Below are positions 18,397 to 27,733 of a stretch of DNA of 64,000 nucleotides, piece after piece. The translations under genes were made by a program, and so were the position numbers. The first letter of the stretch is position 1, and each line of letters opens with the position of its first letter. The notes under the pieces were generated by a model. The model was not told the origin of the DNA, did no database searches, and worked only from the letters and a program-made list of their open reading frames with translations. Source of the stretch: Candidatus Bathyarchaeia archaeon (GTDB taxonomy: Archaea; Thermoproteota; Bathyarchaeia; Bathyarchaeales; Bathycorpusculaceae); NCBI GenBank assembly GCA_038727135.1, contig JAVYWL010000001.1, forward strand, positions 384,001 through 448,000, in the 5' to 3' direction.

Positions 18397-19846
18397 TTTT
18401 CTCCCCGGCTAATTGCTTTCCAACAAGCTCGTTGACAAGTTTTATGAAGATTTCCACATTTTCTATTGGAACTTGGGCGCCGGCAGCCACGTTATGCCCC
18501 CCACCCTTTCCCAAGCATTTCTCAGCCGCCACTTGCATGACCTCGCCGAGATTTACACCCTTGTAGGCTACCGCGTCTATGGTTCTCGCTGAAACCTTTA
18601 CAAGCCCTTCTTCCCTAACGTCTGCATAAGCGACAAGGGGTTTTTCTGGATTTGGAAGGCTTGTTGTGAGAATTGATGAGATTGCACCAACAATTTTGTC
18701 GTCTATAAAGTCTTCGCCGTAAACAACGTAGATGTTTTCCAACTCCCTTATCCTTTCAGGCTTCTCCATAATCCAGCCCAAATACCTATTAATTGTACGC
18801 CTATAATCCTCAAGGATTCTGCTAGCTTCTTCTAGAGCGGCCCCTCTGTCACCCATACAAACTGCCACGCCAACGCCAGGCTTATCCATGCGTCCAGCAG
18901 CATTAAGCAGAACGGCAAACTCTCTTCCATCTCTGAGAGGTGTCCAAGGCTCTTCCTTAGTGAGTGTGTAAACATATCCTATGAGGTTTGATATTTCATA
19001 ATGTAGCCCTTTTGAGAGTAGGTACTCAGCCAGCGCCGAACAGAGCCTCCTCTTTTCATCTTCTGAAAGGTCTCTTAAAGCCCGCCACTTATCACCGTAT
19101 TTTGGTTTTATGTCAATGCTTGCCAGAAAAGCCAAACTCTTGTCTTCTTCTCCGCTTATGCCTGGAATAAATGGGTTTGTCGTGGACGCCAAAGTTTTGT
19201 GGATTGGACGAGTTTCCCTACCGAAGAATATTAAGTCCTTCTCAACCGCCAGCAGCCCTTGGCTTTTCGCATCTTCAACAATTTCCTCATTGAGTCCCCC
19301 AAGCATCCTCTGGTCATACTTGTCTTGCAGATCTCCAAGCGCCCCAACAACGGCTATTGGAGCTAAATCTATGTTTACCTTGTCCATTGCTTTAGCCACG
19401 AAATAGGCTACACCGGCGCTGCTGATGTCCCGCGCTCCATCAATACCAAACAAGTGAGGGTTAACGCATGGAAAATCGCCGCTCGGTTCTCCGCCAAGCT
19501 GATGGTGGTCTAAAACAACAACTTTTATGTCTTTAGCTTTCTGTCTCAGCAAGTTTGCATAATCGCTTCCAAGGTCTGTGAAAATAACCATTTGAGGCTT
19601 TTCCTGCAGTATTTCAGCCACCATTTTTTCGTCAACCCACTGGGTTATCCTAATGCGGAATCTAGCGTCAAGCCTGTAAAGGGCTTTCCCAACAATGCCG
19701 GCTGCGGCGACGCCGTCAGCATCCAAATGTGAAAAAACATGAATGTAGCCACCTTCTTTGGCGGTTTCCAAAATCTTTTTAGCGGCATCTGAAATGCTAT
19801 CGAAGAATTTTGCAGTTTGCTTCTCGTCCAACCGCATTTTCATCAC
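18386..19846 (-). CDS. DHH/DHHA1 RecJ-Cdc45 family nuclease (GAN-like)
   Basis: SHLDADG, TDLGS, DHH, GALGDLQ, GGGHNVAAGA; lies in the conserved archaeal uS15-RecJ-Pcc1-eS1 neighbourhood. Confidence 0.9.
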   Translation of the reverse strand: MMKMRLDEKQTAKFFDSISDAAKKILETAKEGGYIHVFSHLDADGVAAAGIVGKALYRLDARFRIRITQWVDEKMVAEILQEKPQMVIFTDLGSDYANLLRQKAKDIKVVVLDHHQLGGEPSGDFPCVNPHLFGIDGARDISSAGVAYFVAKAMDKVNIDLAPIAVVGALGDLQDKYDQRMLGGLNEEIVEDAKSQGLLAVEKDLIFFGRETRPIHKTLASTTNPFIPGISGEEDKSLAFLASIDIKPKYGDKWRALRDLSEDEKRRLCSALAEYLLSKGLHYEISNLIGYVYTLTKEEPWTPLRDGREFAVLLNAAGRMDKPGVGVAVCMGDRGAALEEASRILEDYRRTINRYLGWIMEKPERIRELENIYVVYGEDFIDDKIVGAISSILTTSLPNPEKPLVAYADVREEGLVKVSARTIDAVAYKGVNLGEVMQVAAEKCLGKGGGHNVAAGAQVPIENVEIFIKLVNELVGKQLAGEKIGS

Positions 19847-19904
19847 AATGTATACAGGTTAAGAATTTAAGGGCGACTGGGCTGATGAATGGGAATGTTC
19901 AAGT

Positions 19905-20345
19905 CTAGGCTATTGATGCTATTTTCGGCTCGTACTTCCAGTTTGGGGGCAAGACACCCTCCCGCTTATAATATCGTGCAAGCTTGTGAATTTTTGCCTC
20001 CACAAGCTGCAAAGCCCTCTTATTGTGCAAGTCCTTCCTATGCTTCTCAAGATGGGCTGAAAGTCGCGCTGCTTTCTTAAGTAGGTTACCAAGGTCTTCA
20101 GGTATTGAAGGGGCAAGTCCAGCCTCCTTGAGAATTTGAGTTACGGTCTTGCCGGTTAGCGGCTTAACCAGTGGAATGGCATACTGGTCCCTCAGTATTG
20201 TTCCTATGCGGCTCTGGGGATGCCCCTCCCTTGCCAGTTTGATGACGAGGGCTTCCACTTCCTCCGGTTGGTATTTGCACCAGCTTGGAGGGCGTTTGCT
20301 AACAGGTCTTGTTGAATGGGATTTGCCCTTTTCCTGTTTCGGCAT
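19905..20345 (-). CDS. rps15: 30S ribosomal protein S15 (uS15)
   Basis: G.S.S.RP, IG..LRDQY.IP, PEDL.NL, HL..H.KD.HN.R.L..E.KI..L.RYY. Confidence 0.96.
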   Translation of the reverse strand: MPKQEKGKSHSTRPVSKRPPSWCKYQPEEVEALVIKLAREGHPQSRIGTILRDQYAIPLVKPLTGKTVTQILKEAGLAPSIPEDLGNLLKKAARLSAHLEKHRKDLHNKRALQLVEAKIHKLARYYKREGVLPPNWKYEPKIASIA

Positions 20346-20456
20346 ACCATTATCCCTTTTAGTTCTGTAAAAGCGAGATCAGACGGATATTTAAGACCTT
20401 CGATGTTTATTTTCTACTTAAACTTTATTGGTGAAAAGGCAACTTAAACTGTTCGC

Positions 20457-21047
20457 TTAGACTTTTAGGCTTTTGTACCATTTTGCAAACTTTAGGAAGG
20501 CTCTTGCCCTATGGGAATACCTGTTTTTTTCAGCGATACTCATTTCAGCAAAGGTTTTCTGACTGTTAGCTGGTTTAAATATTGGGTCAAAACCGAAGCC
20601 GTAATGACTTTCCCTTCGCACCTCTTTGGTTATCTCGCCTACAACTTCTCCCTTAAAACATATGGGAGATTCCAGTTCCCCAGAAAAAAACGCCACTACA
20701 GACTGAAACTTTGCCTTTCTGTTTTTGGCTTCCTCCATAAGCTTCAATAGGCCCTCATTACCTATGGTCTTGTAGACGTAGGAGGAATACGGTCCCGGAA
20801 AACCGTTTAAGGCCTCAACGAACAGTCCGGCATCCTCAACTATGATAGGAAGACTGCACTGTTTGTAGGCGTGGACGGCGCTTGTTTTTGCGATTTCTTC
20901 GAGGCTCTCGCTTTGAATTTCTAGGGTTTTAACTCTTATCATGCCCACAGTTATTCTGTAACGGTTCAAAACCCTTCGGGCTTCGTTGAACTTGTTAAAG
21001 TTGTTTGTTGCAAAGAACACGACTTTGCCCTTTAATTGGAAGCTCAT
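20457..21047 (-). CDS. rdgB: XTP/dITP pyrophosphatase (RdgB/HAM1)
   Basis: FATNN.NK..E, EIQ, EDAGL...ALNGFPGPY, GFGFDPIF, KN..SHR. Confidence 0.94.
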   Translation of the reverse strand: MSFQLKGKVVFFATNNFNKFNEARRVLNRYRITVGMIRVKTLEIQSESLEEIAKTSAVHAYKQCSLPIIVEDAGLFVEALNGFPGPYSSYVYKTIGNEGLLKLMEEAKNRKAKFQSVVAFFSGELESPICFKGEVVGEITKEVRRESHYGFGFDPIFKPANSQKTFAEMSIAEKNRYSHRARAFLKFAKWYKSLKV

Positions 21048-21454
21048 GACGGTTCACGTTTCTTTTTAGCCCCTTCGGCGGACACGCTAAAATATTTTTC
21101 CCAATTAATCTGCACAATCTCTAAAATGTTTCCATCAGGGTCCATGAGGGTGGCTTGTTTTCCGCCCCAAGGCTCTTCGTGCAAATCCTTAACAAACTTC
21201 ACGCTTTTGCTCTTTAATTCGTTGCAGAAATTTTCAACATCGTCCACCAGAAACTCCACAGACGGCGAAATTGAAGCAACACGTTCCCCTTCCTTCAGTC
21301 TTGGAATAAGCCCAATCTCGACTCCGCCGCATTCGAAACCAACATAGCTTGAATACTCATACTTCTTTTCTAAGCCAAGAACTTTCTCATAAAATTGCGT
21401 CGCCTTCTTCAAGTCTGAAACGTAAAAGGTTATGCACCAAACCGTTTTTATCGT
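21044..21454 (-). CDS. VOC/glyoxalase-family protein; probable start is ACG at 21454
   Basis: ITFYVSDL..A.QFY..VLGL, F.VDDV, PWGG, DPDGN.LEI; the first beta-strand lies upstream of the track's TTG (21412). Confidence 0.85.
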   Translation of the reverse strand, partial: TIKTVWCITFYVSDLKKATQFYEKVLGLEKKYEYSSYVGFECGGVEIGLIPRLKEGERVASISPSVEFLVDDVENFCNELKSKSVKFVKDLHEEPWGGKQATLMDPDGNILEIVQINWEKYFSVSAEGAKKKREPS

Positions 21455-21456
21455 GT

Positions 21457-22119
21457 TTATTCACCCCTTCTTTCGGCTATGTAGCGCCCTCTCCTCTCTA
21501 TTTCCCTTATTTTATCTAAAACATTTTTCACCTCGCCAGCCTCTAAAACGCTTGCATAACCCTCAATTATGGCGCTAAAACATTTTTCGGCAAACTGAAA
21601 GTGAGTGCTTTGTAAAGCTCTCTTCATAAGGTGTAAATCCACACCCATTGCTTCAAGCTCGCGTGTTTTTTCGCCAAGCCCAAAATCCACAAGAAAGATT
21701 TTTCCTTCAGGAGTGTGAATCATATTGGATGTTGTCAGGTCGCCGTGAATAATCCCATTTTTGTGCAATTTACCAATTAACTCACCTATTTTGCGGCACA
21801 ATGTCCGCCTTTCGCTTTCAGAAACTTTGGCCAACAACTGTTTTACTTGTTCCCCTTCGATAAACTCCATTATTATTGTGGCGTTTTTTGCATCAACAAA
21901 ATAGATTATTGGGGTAGGCACACCAGCCCTTTTTGCTTCATGCATCAGCTGGGGCTCATGGATTGTTCTATAGGCTCTTATTTGCTCGTCTAGTACTGAA
22001 ACTCTATATTTTTTGGGCAATCGTCTCTTCATTATTACCTTTTTGCCGTGCCAATCTGCGAGGTATAGGCATGCCTCAGCCCCTTTCTTAATGAGTCTCG
22101 GCTGGCTTATTTCACCCAA
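21457..22119 (-). CDS. bud32: KEOPS kinase Bud32
   Basis: KGAEA, K.R.PK.YR, HGDLTTSN, DFGL, DLH, RGRY. Confidence 0.94.
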   Translation of the reverse strand: MGEISQPRLIKKGAEACLYLADWHGKKVIMKRRLPKKYRVSVLDEQIRAYRTIHEPQLMHEAKRAGVPTPIIYFVDAKNATIIMEFIEGEQVKQLLAKVSESERRTLCRKIGELIGKLHKNGIIHGDLTTSNMIHTPEGKIFLVDFGLGEKTRELEAMGVDLHLMKRALQSTHFQFAEKCFSAIIEGYASVLEAGEVKNVLDKIREIERRGRYIAERRGE

Positions 22120-23126
22120 GGAACTTCAACCTCTTCGAGCCGCCACCTCAACCGTATGAAGCTCTCATGGATTGGCGTTGTCACGCCGTGAGTAAGGGCT
22201 AAAACGCCGGTCCAAGCTATCATGGCGCCGTTATCTATGGCGAACTGGCTTGGCACAACGCAGAATTTGGCGTCATGCTCTTCAGCTATCGACTTAACCA
22301 TTTCTTGAAGCCTCTTGTTGGCAGCTACGCCACCAGTCAACAGAACCTCCTTTTTTTCCGTGTGGGCTAGAGCGCGCTCCGTAACTTCTGTAACCATGGA
22401 GAAGGCTGTTTCTTGGAGACTATAACACAAGTCCTCTAGCCTACTTTCACCTTTCTTTAGTAAGTTAACTGCCGCCGTGAGCAAACCGCTAAACGACATG
22501 TCCATGCCCTTCACCGTATATGGCAGCGGAATAAGCCTCCGTCCACCCTTCGCGAGTTTTTCCACAACAGCCCCAAAAGGTTCGCCCGGTTTTTGTCTTA
22601 ATCCAGCTTCTCTTGCGAAAACGTCTAGGCAGTTTCCAAGGGCTATGTCCAATGTTTCGCCGAAAACCCTGTAACGCCCGGAATCGAAAGCGGCCACTAT
22701 GGTGTTCCCGCCAGAAACATAAAGCGTGACAGGGTCAACGGCGCCGGTTTTTAACTTGCCAATTTCAATGTGTGCCACACAATGGTTGACACCTACTAGA
22801 GGAACGCCAAGATAAGAGGCTAAGGCTCTTGCGACTGTGGCACCCGTTCTGAGGCATGGACCTAACCCTGGACCTTGAGAGAAGGCTATGACCGTTATGT
22901 CTTTAGGTTTTATTCCAGCCTTTTGGAATGCCTCTTCCAAAACCTTGTTTGCAACTTCAGCGTGGTGTCGTGCAGCTTCCCTTGGATGTATTCCGCCTTC
23001 CGGGGGCATGTAAGCACTTATCACGTTTGCCAAGATTTCCCCTCTAAAAGTGGCTACTCCAACGCTGAAATCGTCCGCTGTGCTTTCAATGCCTAGAGAG
23101 TAGCTCTCTCTCGTTTTTGCAGGCAC
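22107..23126 (-). CDS. kae1: tRNA N6-threonylcarbamoyladenosine synthase Kae1
   Basis: LGIESTA, GGIHP, GPGLGPCL, VNHCVAHIE, VSGGNT, GETLDIA, GGVAAN, DNGAMIA. Confidence 0.96.
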   Translation of the reverse strand: MPAKTRESYSLGIESTADDFSVGVATFRGEILANVISAYMPPEGGIHPREAARHHAEVANKVLEEAFQKAGIKPKDITVIAFSQGPGLGPCLRTGATVARALASYLGVPLVGVNHCVAHIEIGKLKTGAVDPVTLYVSGGNTIVAAFDSGRYRVFGETLDIALGNCLDVFAREAGLRQKPGEPFGAVVEKLAKGGRRLIPLPYTVKGMDMSFSGLLTAAVNLLKKGESRLEDLCYSLQETAFSMVTEVTERALAHTEKKEVLLTGGVAANKRLQEMVKSIAEEHDAKFCVVPSQFAIDNGAMIAWTGVLALTHGVTTPIHESFIRLRWRLEEVEVPWVK

Positions 23127-23221
23127 CGTTGGCGCCCCTTTCCACCTAAATTATTTTATCTTTGGATAAGCATAATTTATTTGGGAACACCTATATATCT
23201 GCGTGGAAACGGAGAGGGAGG

Positions 23222-23599
23222 ATGCCGAAACACAACGATTTGGAACAAAAGGCTCTTCAGATAATAATGAGTTCTGGAAACGAGGGTTTACTCCAATCAG
23301 AACTATGGAGAAAGCTCGGGGCGAGTAGCAGAGAAGGCTCAAGAATAGCTCTAAAACTTGAAAGCAAAGGCTTAATACGCCGTGAAAGGGAGCTCCGCAA
23401 TGGAAGATGGACTTATAGGCTTTATCCAAAAAGGCTTCCGGCATCAATAAACTCGATAGCTGACTGCCCATGCATGACGTGCCCAGACGCATCAAAATGC
23501 GGACCTACAGGCGCAATAACACCGCAGAGCTGTGAAAAACTGACGGATTGGCTTATACGCCTGGCAGAGGGCGAGTACAAAATCTTGGGTGACAGCTAG
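23222..23599 (+). CDS. RPC34/RPC39-like winged-helix + Fe-S protein (archaeal TFE beta subunit)
   Basis: wHTH LLQSELWRKL..SREGSRI..KLE.KGLI.RE..GRWTY plus CPCxxC-x5-C-x7-P.SC..L..W Cys cluster. Confidence 0.8.
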   Translation: MPKHNDLEQKALQIIMSSGNEGLLQSELWRKLGASSREGSRIALKLESKGLIRRERELRNGRWTYRLYPKRLPASINSIADCPCMTCPDASKCGPTGAITPQSCEKLTDWLIRLAEGEYKILGDS

Positions 23600-23601
23600 T
23601 T

Positions 23602-24219
23602 TTGCCTAAAGCATGGATACAAGAACGCAAAAGAGACTATTACTATAGAAAAGCAAAGGAAGAGAAATACCGCTCAAGAGCAGCCTACAAACTCTTTCAA
23701 GCCGTAGAAAAATACCACTTCATTAAAGACGGCAATGTTGTTGTCGATTTGGGCGCTGCCCCAGGGGGATGGACGCAAGCGGCAAGAAAAATTGCTGGGG
23801 CTAAGGGTTTCGTTTTAGGAGTAGACATAAAACCAATCGAACCCTTTCCGGAGAGAAACATTAGAACCATAATATGTGATATAACAGAACCCGATGCTAC
23901 AAAGCAGATCTTGGAGATGCTGCCTAGAAAAGCAGACGCTGTCATTTCAGACGTCTCGCCGAACATTTCTGGAATATGGGAGCTTGACCACGCCCGCCAA
24001 ATAGACCTTGCACAGAAAGCGCTTGAAATAGCCTTAGAAACTCTAAAGCCGGGCGGAAACTTTTTCGTAAAAGTTTTCCAAGGAGACATGTTAAACGACT
24101 TTATAAGCATGGTTAAACGGCACTTTGAAGACGTAAAAGTAATAAAGCCTAAAGCAAGTAGGGCTAAAAGCTCGGAAATTTTCATTTTGGGAATGCGTTT
24201 AAAAGCTGATGAGCGGTAG
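23602..24219 (+). CDS. rlmE: 23S rRNA Um2552 2'-O-methyltransferase RlmE/FtsJ
   Basis: YRSRAAYKL, DLGAAPGGW, SD.SPN.SG, KVFQG, KP.ASR..S.E. Confidence 0.95.
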   Translation: MPKAWIQERKRDYYYRKAKEEKYRSRAAYKLFQAVEKYHFIKDGNVVVDLGAAPGGWTQAARKIAGAKGFVLGVDIKPIEPFPERNIRTIICDITEPDATKQILEMLPRKADAVISDVSPNISGIWELDHARQIDLAQKALEIALETLKPGGNFFVKVFQGDMLNDFISMVKRHFEDVKVIKPKASRAKSSEIFILGMRLKADER

Positions 24220-24252
24220 AGCTAAATTCACTCAGAACCCAATTGTAAGAAG

Positions 24253-24957
24253 GTGAAACATTTGAACATAATCGCTGCCGACTCTTCAGCTGCCATTTTA
24301 AATGAAAAGTTTGAACCCATTTACATCGTGGCTACCGCCGCCGTTTTGGTTAAACCGCCTTATAGAGAGCCAAGTGAGTGTTTGGCTGAACCGGTTTTTG
24401 CAGATGCCGAAGACAGCCACGAAGTTATAGTGCGAGAGGCAGAGCTATGCAAGCAGCTGATCGCAAAAGTAGGAGCCGACATTGTGCATCTTGACATATC
24501 TTTGGGAGCCATCTCCCTTGAGCAGCTTTCACCCATACAGTTTTCAAACTTGAAAATTTCCAGCAAAGCCAAAAGCAACTTAATTAAAATTCTTCCAAGG
24601 CTTAGAAAAATCGCTGGTGAACTAACACAAAAATACGGTGTCGAGACCTTGGCAATAGGCAAAGATAGCATCCCCGTAAGGGTGGCGGAACTAACCGCTG
24701 GAGCTCACGCCGTAATATACGCGTCTGAAAAAGCTGTAAAAGAAAGAAGCTCGTTAATGCTTGGTTTGCCGCTAAAGTGTCAGCCAATGTTCAAAGAGAA
24801 TTGGGTTTACATGCAATCTTTAATGGCTGCCGAACATGATGTAAAGGGATACGCTATTGACAACAAGGGCTCATTAAAAAAGGTTAATATTGTAGAAATT
24901 TTAAACCCAGTTGCAAGAGGATTTCGAACATTAAAGATAACACCAGAAAGGACCTAA
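24253..24957 (+). CDS. DUF4152-family RNase H-like nuclease (PfuExo I-like)
   Basis: IIAADS.AA.L.E.FEP...VAT.AVLV.PPY, E..L, VHLD.SLG, AIGK.S.PVR.AEL.AG..AV, GLP. Confidence 0.7.
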   Translation: MKHLNIIAADSSAAILNEKFEPIYIVATAAVLVKPPYREPSECLAEPVFADAEDSHEVIVREAELCKQLIAKVGADIVHLDISLGAISLEQLSPIQFSNLKISSKAKSNLIKILPRLRKIAGELTQKYGVETLAIGKDSIPVRVAELTAGAHAVIYASEKAVKERSSLMLGLPLKCQPMFKENWVYMQSLMAAEHDVKGYAIDNKGSLKKVNIVEILNPVARGFRTLKITPERT

Positions 24958-24958
24958 A

Positions 24959-25633
24959 ATGATAGGCGAAACCAAAGAAAACCAACAGATACCTGTCAGC
25001 GAGGCTTTACTGGCGGTAATTGCAAGTCTTTTACTATCGCTTTTTTTGGCGGGGTTTATCGCCGGTTTAAATTATGGCCTCGCGATGGTTGTTGCAGAAT
25101 TGCTTCTTGCTGTTGTTCCGTTCGGATATATGCTTTCAAAGAAAATAGACGTAAAAAAATACGTTAGGTTTGAGCTTAACCCACGAAACATTTTATTGGG
25201 AGTAGCCGTCGGCTCTCTTCTTGTCTATTTTGATTTTCTCATAGTAGTCGCGTTGACGTCTCTATTTGGTCCGAGTAAAGCTGTTGAAGAAAGCAACAAA
25301 AGATTAGCTGAAATGACCCACTCTGTTGATGGGTTAATTTTTGTTGCCGCCACTCTAATTTCAGCGGGAATCTGTGAAGAATTCGCTTTCAGGGGCTTTC
25401 TGCAAACCGCTATGAGCAGCAAGTACCCATCGTGGATGGCTTTAATTGCATCCGCCTTTGCTTTTGGACTTCTTCTCCACTTTGACCCACAAGGAGTTTA
25501 CATAATCGCCGCATTTCTAATAGGGCTTATTTTGGGTCTTGCCTATCACCTGTCACGTTCCTATACCGTTTGTGCAACCGCCCACGCAACACTAAACCTT
25601 ATAATTTTAGTATTAACACTTCTCCAACGATAA
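24959..25633 (+). CDS. CPBP (CAAX/Abi) family intramembrane glutamic protease
   Basis: EEFAFRG, FGLLLH, HATLN motifs; multiple TM segments. Confidence 0.9.
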   Translation: MIGETKENQQIPVSEALLAVIASLLLSLFLAGFIAGLNYGLAMVVAELLLAVVPFGYMLSKKIDVKKYVRFELNPRNILLGVAVGSLLVYFDFLIVVALTSLFGPSKAVEESNKRLAEMTHSVDGLIFVAATLISAGICEEFAFRGFLQTAMSSKYPSWMALIASAFAFGLLLHFDPQGVYIIAAFLIGLILGLAYHLSRSYTVCATAHATLNLIILVLTLLQR

Positions 25634-25636
25634 ATT

Positions 25637-26500
25637 TCAACCACCTATTTTTGTAATCTCAAGGCTTACATCCAACGCTTTCGGACTGTCAGTTATTTCG
25701 CCAAGACTTACAATGTCCACTCCCGTTGACGCGTACTCAACAATGTTTTCAGCCGTTATTCCTCCGCTTGCCTCCAACAAAACTTTTCCTAAAAAGCCAG
25801 CCTTTTCCAGCCTTTCAACAGCCTTTTTTATTTGATTTTGCGAAAAATTATCCAGCATTATTATGTCCGCTCCGGCTTCCGCAGCTGCCAAAGCCTCCTT
25901 AACGTTTGATACTTCAACTTCGACCTTTTTGCTGAAAGAGGCTCTTTCCTTAGCGGTTTTAACAGCTTTTTCAACGCTTCCGGCTATTTTGATGTGATTG
26001 TCCTTTATCAGAATCATATCGTCCAAGTGAAGCCTATGGGTGTCGCCTCCGCCCACGGAGACCGCTTTTTTATCAAAGTACAGCAGTCCGGGCGCTGTTT
26101 TCCGCGTACATGCAATTATGGTTTTGTGCCCAGCCTTTCTGACTCTTTCAACGAGTTTCCGTGTGGTTGTGGCTATGCCGCTCATTCTTGAAATAATGTT
26201 TAGCAGTGTCCGCTCAACAGCCAATATTGTTCTGGCATCGCCGCAAATTTTCATAAGCACCTGTTTTGGCTTTATCTCTTCTCCGTCCTTAACTATAGCT
26301 TCAAATTTCAAGCCGAGGCTTTCTAGAAGGACCCCCGCCTCTTCGATTCCGGCAACTACGCCGCTTTCTTTCACGATTACCTCCGCCTCGGCGTTGCATT
26401 TTTCTGGCACTATTAGGGTTGAAGTTATGTCTCCTTGTCCAATATCTTCAGCTAATATTTGCCTAAGTTTTTCCTCCAAAATCTTTCTAGGCAAGAACAT
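25637..26500 (-). CDS. nadC: nicotinate-nucleotide pyrophosphorylase (QPRTase)
   Basis: EDIG.GDIT, ERTLLN..SRMSGIAT, TRKT.PG, HR..L.D.ILIKDNH, MLDN, EASGGI. Confidence 0.96.
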   Translation of the reverse strand: MFLPRKILEEKLRQILAEDIGQGDITSTLIVPEKCNAEAEVIVKESGVVAGIEEAGVLLESLGLKFEAIVKDGEEIKPKQVLMKICGDARTILAVERTLLNIISRMSGIATTTRKLVERVRKAGHKTIIACTRKTAPGLLYFDKKAVSVGGGDTHRLHLDDMILIKDNHIKIAGSVEKAVKTAKERASFSKKVEVEVSNVKEALAAAEAGADIIMLDNFSQNQIKKAVERLEKAGFLGKVLLEASGGITAENIVEYASTGVDIVSLGEITDSPKALDVSLEITKIGG

Positions 26501-26541
26501 GCTTTTAACCCTCTGAATGAGACTTAAAAAGCATTTACCTC

Positions 26542-27729
26542 TCAGCCTATTTCAACTTTGTCTGCCAAATCAATTATCATTTGGGTAGCTTTTTCTAACC
26601 CATTATATCTTAAAACTTCAGCTTGAACTTGCCCAACTTTTTCCACATTGTTTGCCGTAAGGGTTTGTTCGACAGTTTTTAGTAGCTTACTTAGGCTCAA
26701 ATTTTCTTGCTGAATCACTTTTGCAACGCCAATTTTCTTGGCTTGAGCCGCATTGTTTATCTGTTCTGTATGGTTCGGCGTAGGCACAAGAATCATTGGT
26801 TTTCCGTAGCATATGCATTGGGTTATTGTGCCGTGTCCAGCGCGGCTTATAACTAAGTCACAAGCCTTCAAGTATTCGAAACGATTTGGAATCCACTTGT
26901 AAATTGTTAAATTGCCATGGCGTATAGGCGTGGTGTCCGCGTTTGGATAACCCATTGACAAAACAGCTTCATAATCCTCTGGAAACTTCGTCAAAATTTT
27001 CCTTAGAATTCCGATGAAAAATGCCTTCTCTTTGATGCTGCCGCTGATGGGTGCAAAAATGACAGTCTTATTTTGGGGCAACTTTAGCCTTTTCCGGATA
27101 ACATTTTCATCCGGCAATTCTTCCGGGCGAACGGGCAAAATGGGTCCTATAAGGTGTACCTTTTTCCGGTAAGCTCTGGGAATGTTGAGGTTACCAGCAC
27201 AAACAGTGTAAGGTTGGGGAAAATCCGGTATTAGAACAGCGTTTCCGCTTGCCCATATCTTTCCAATTATGGCAAGGGTTATGGAATCTGCAAATCTCGC
27301 CAGTCTTAGGAAACGTTTTCTCCGCGGAATTATTGGTTGGAACTGGTTTAAGATGCAAATTCTCGGTTTTCTCAGAATTTTTGCCGCCAGCAGCGGAGAA
27401 ACGCGAGAATCTGATACGACAATGTCTGGGTCGAAATTTCCAATAGCGTGCAGTTCAGCGTCTATCTGCCTCATTAACGTGAAAGAGGCGAGAAATGGTC
27501 CCGGATTTATGGCTGTTTGCTTAAAATCTATTGTTCCGTCTGGTTTTACTTGGAAACCTATTGGCGGGGCTTTAAATAAAGGGAATTTTTCTTGTTGGAT
27601 GTAGGGTATTCCTTCACGGTATGTTGAAAATATTACTTGGGCATTTTGTTCCTGAAGTCTTTTGGCGATTGGTATGCATCTTCCAACATGTCCTAGTCCT
27701 ATGCCGCATGGGGCGAAGTAAACCCGCAT
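26542..27729 (-). CDS. GT-B glycosyltransferase, MurG-like (GT28 C-terminal domain)
   Basis: CGIGLGHVGR, VVSDSR, VISRAGHGTI, VP.P.H.EQ..NA; ATG start 27729. Confidence 0.85.
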   Translation of the reverse strand: MRVYFAPCGIGLGHVGRCIPIAKRLQEQNAQVIFSTYREGIPYIQQEKFPLFKAPPIGFQVKPDGTIDFKQTAINPGPFLASFTLMRQIDAELHAIGNFDPDIVVSDSRVSPLLAAKILRKPRICILNQFQPIIPRRKRFLRLARFADSITLAIIGKIWASGNAVLIPDFPQPYTVCAGNLNIPRAYRKKVHLIGPILPVRPEELPDENVIRKRLKLPQNKTVIFAPISGSIKEKAFFIGILRKILTKFPEDYEAVLSMGYPNADTTPIRHGNLTIYKWIPNRFEYLKACDLVISRAGHGTITQCICYGKPMILVPTPNHTEQINNAAQAKKIGVAKVIQQENLSLSKLLKTVEQTLTANNVEKVGQVQAEVLRYNGLEKATQMIIDLADKVEIG

Positions 27730-27733
27730 GAGT

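Noticed and set aside
16173-23126. uS15-GAN-Pcc1-SerRS-eS1 and Kae1-Bud32-RdgB clustering as a novel system
   Set aside because: Well-known conserved archaeal gene neighbourhoods
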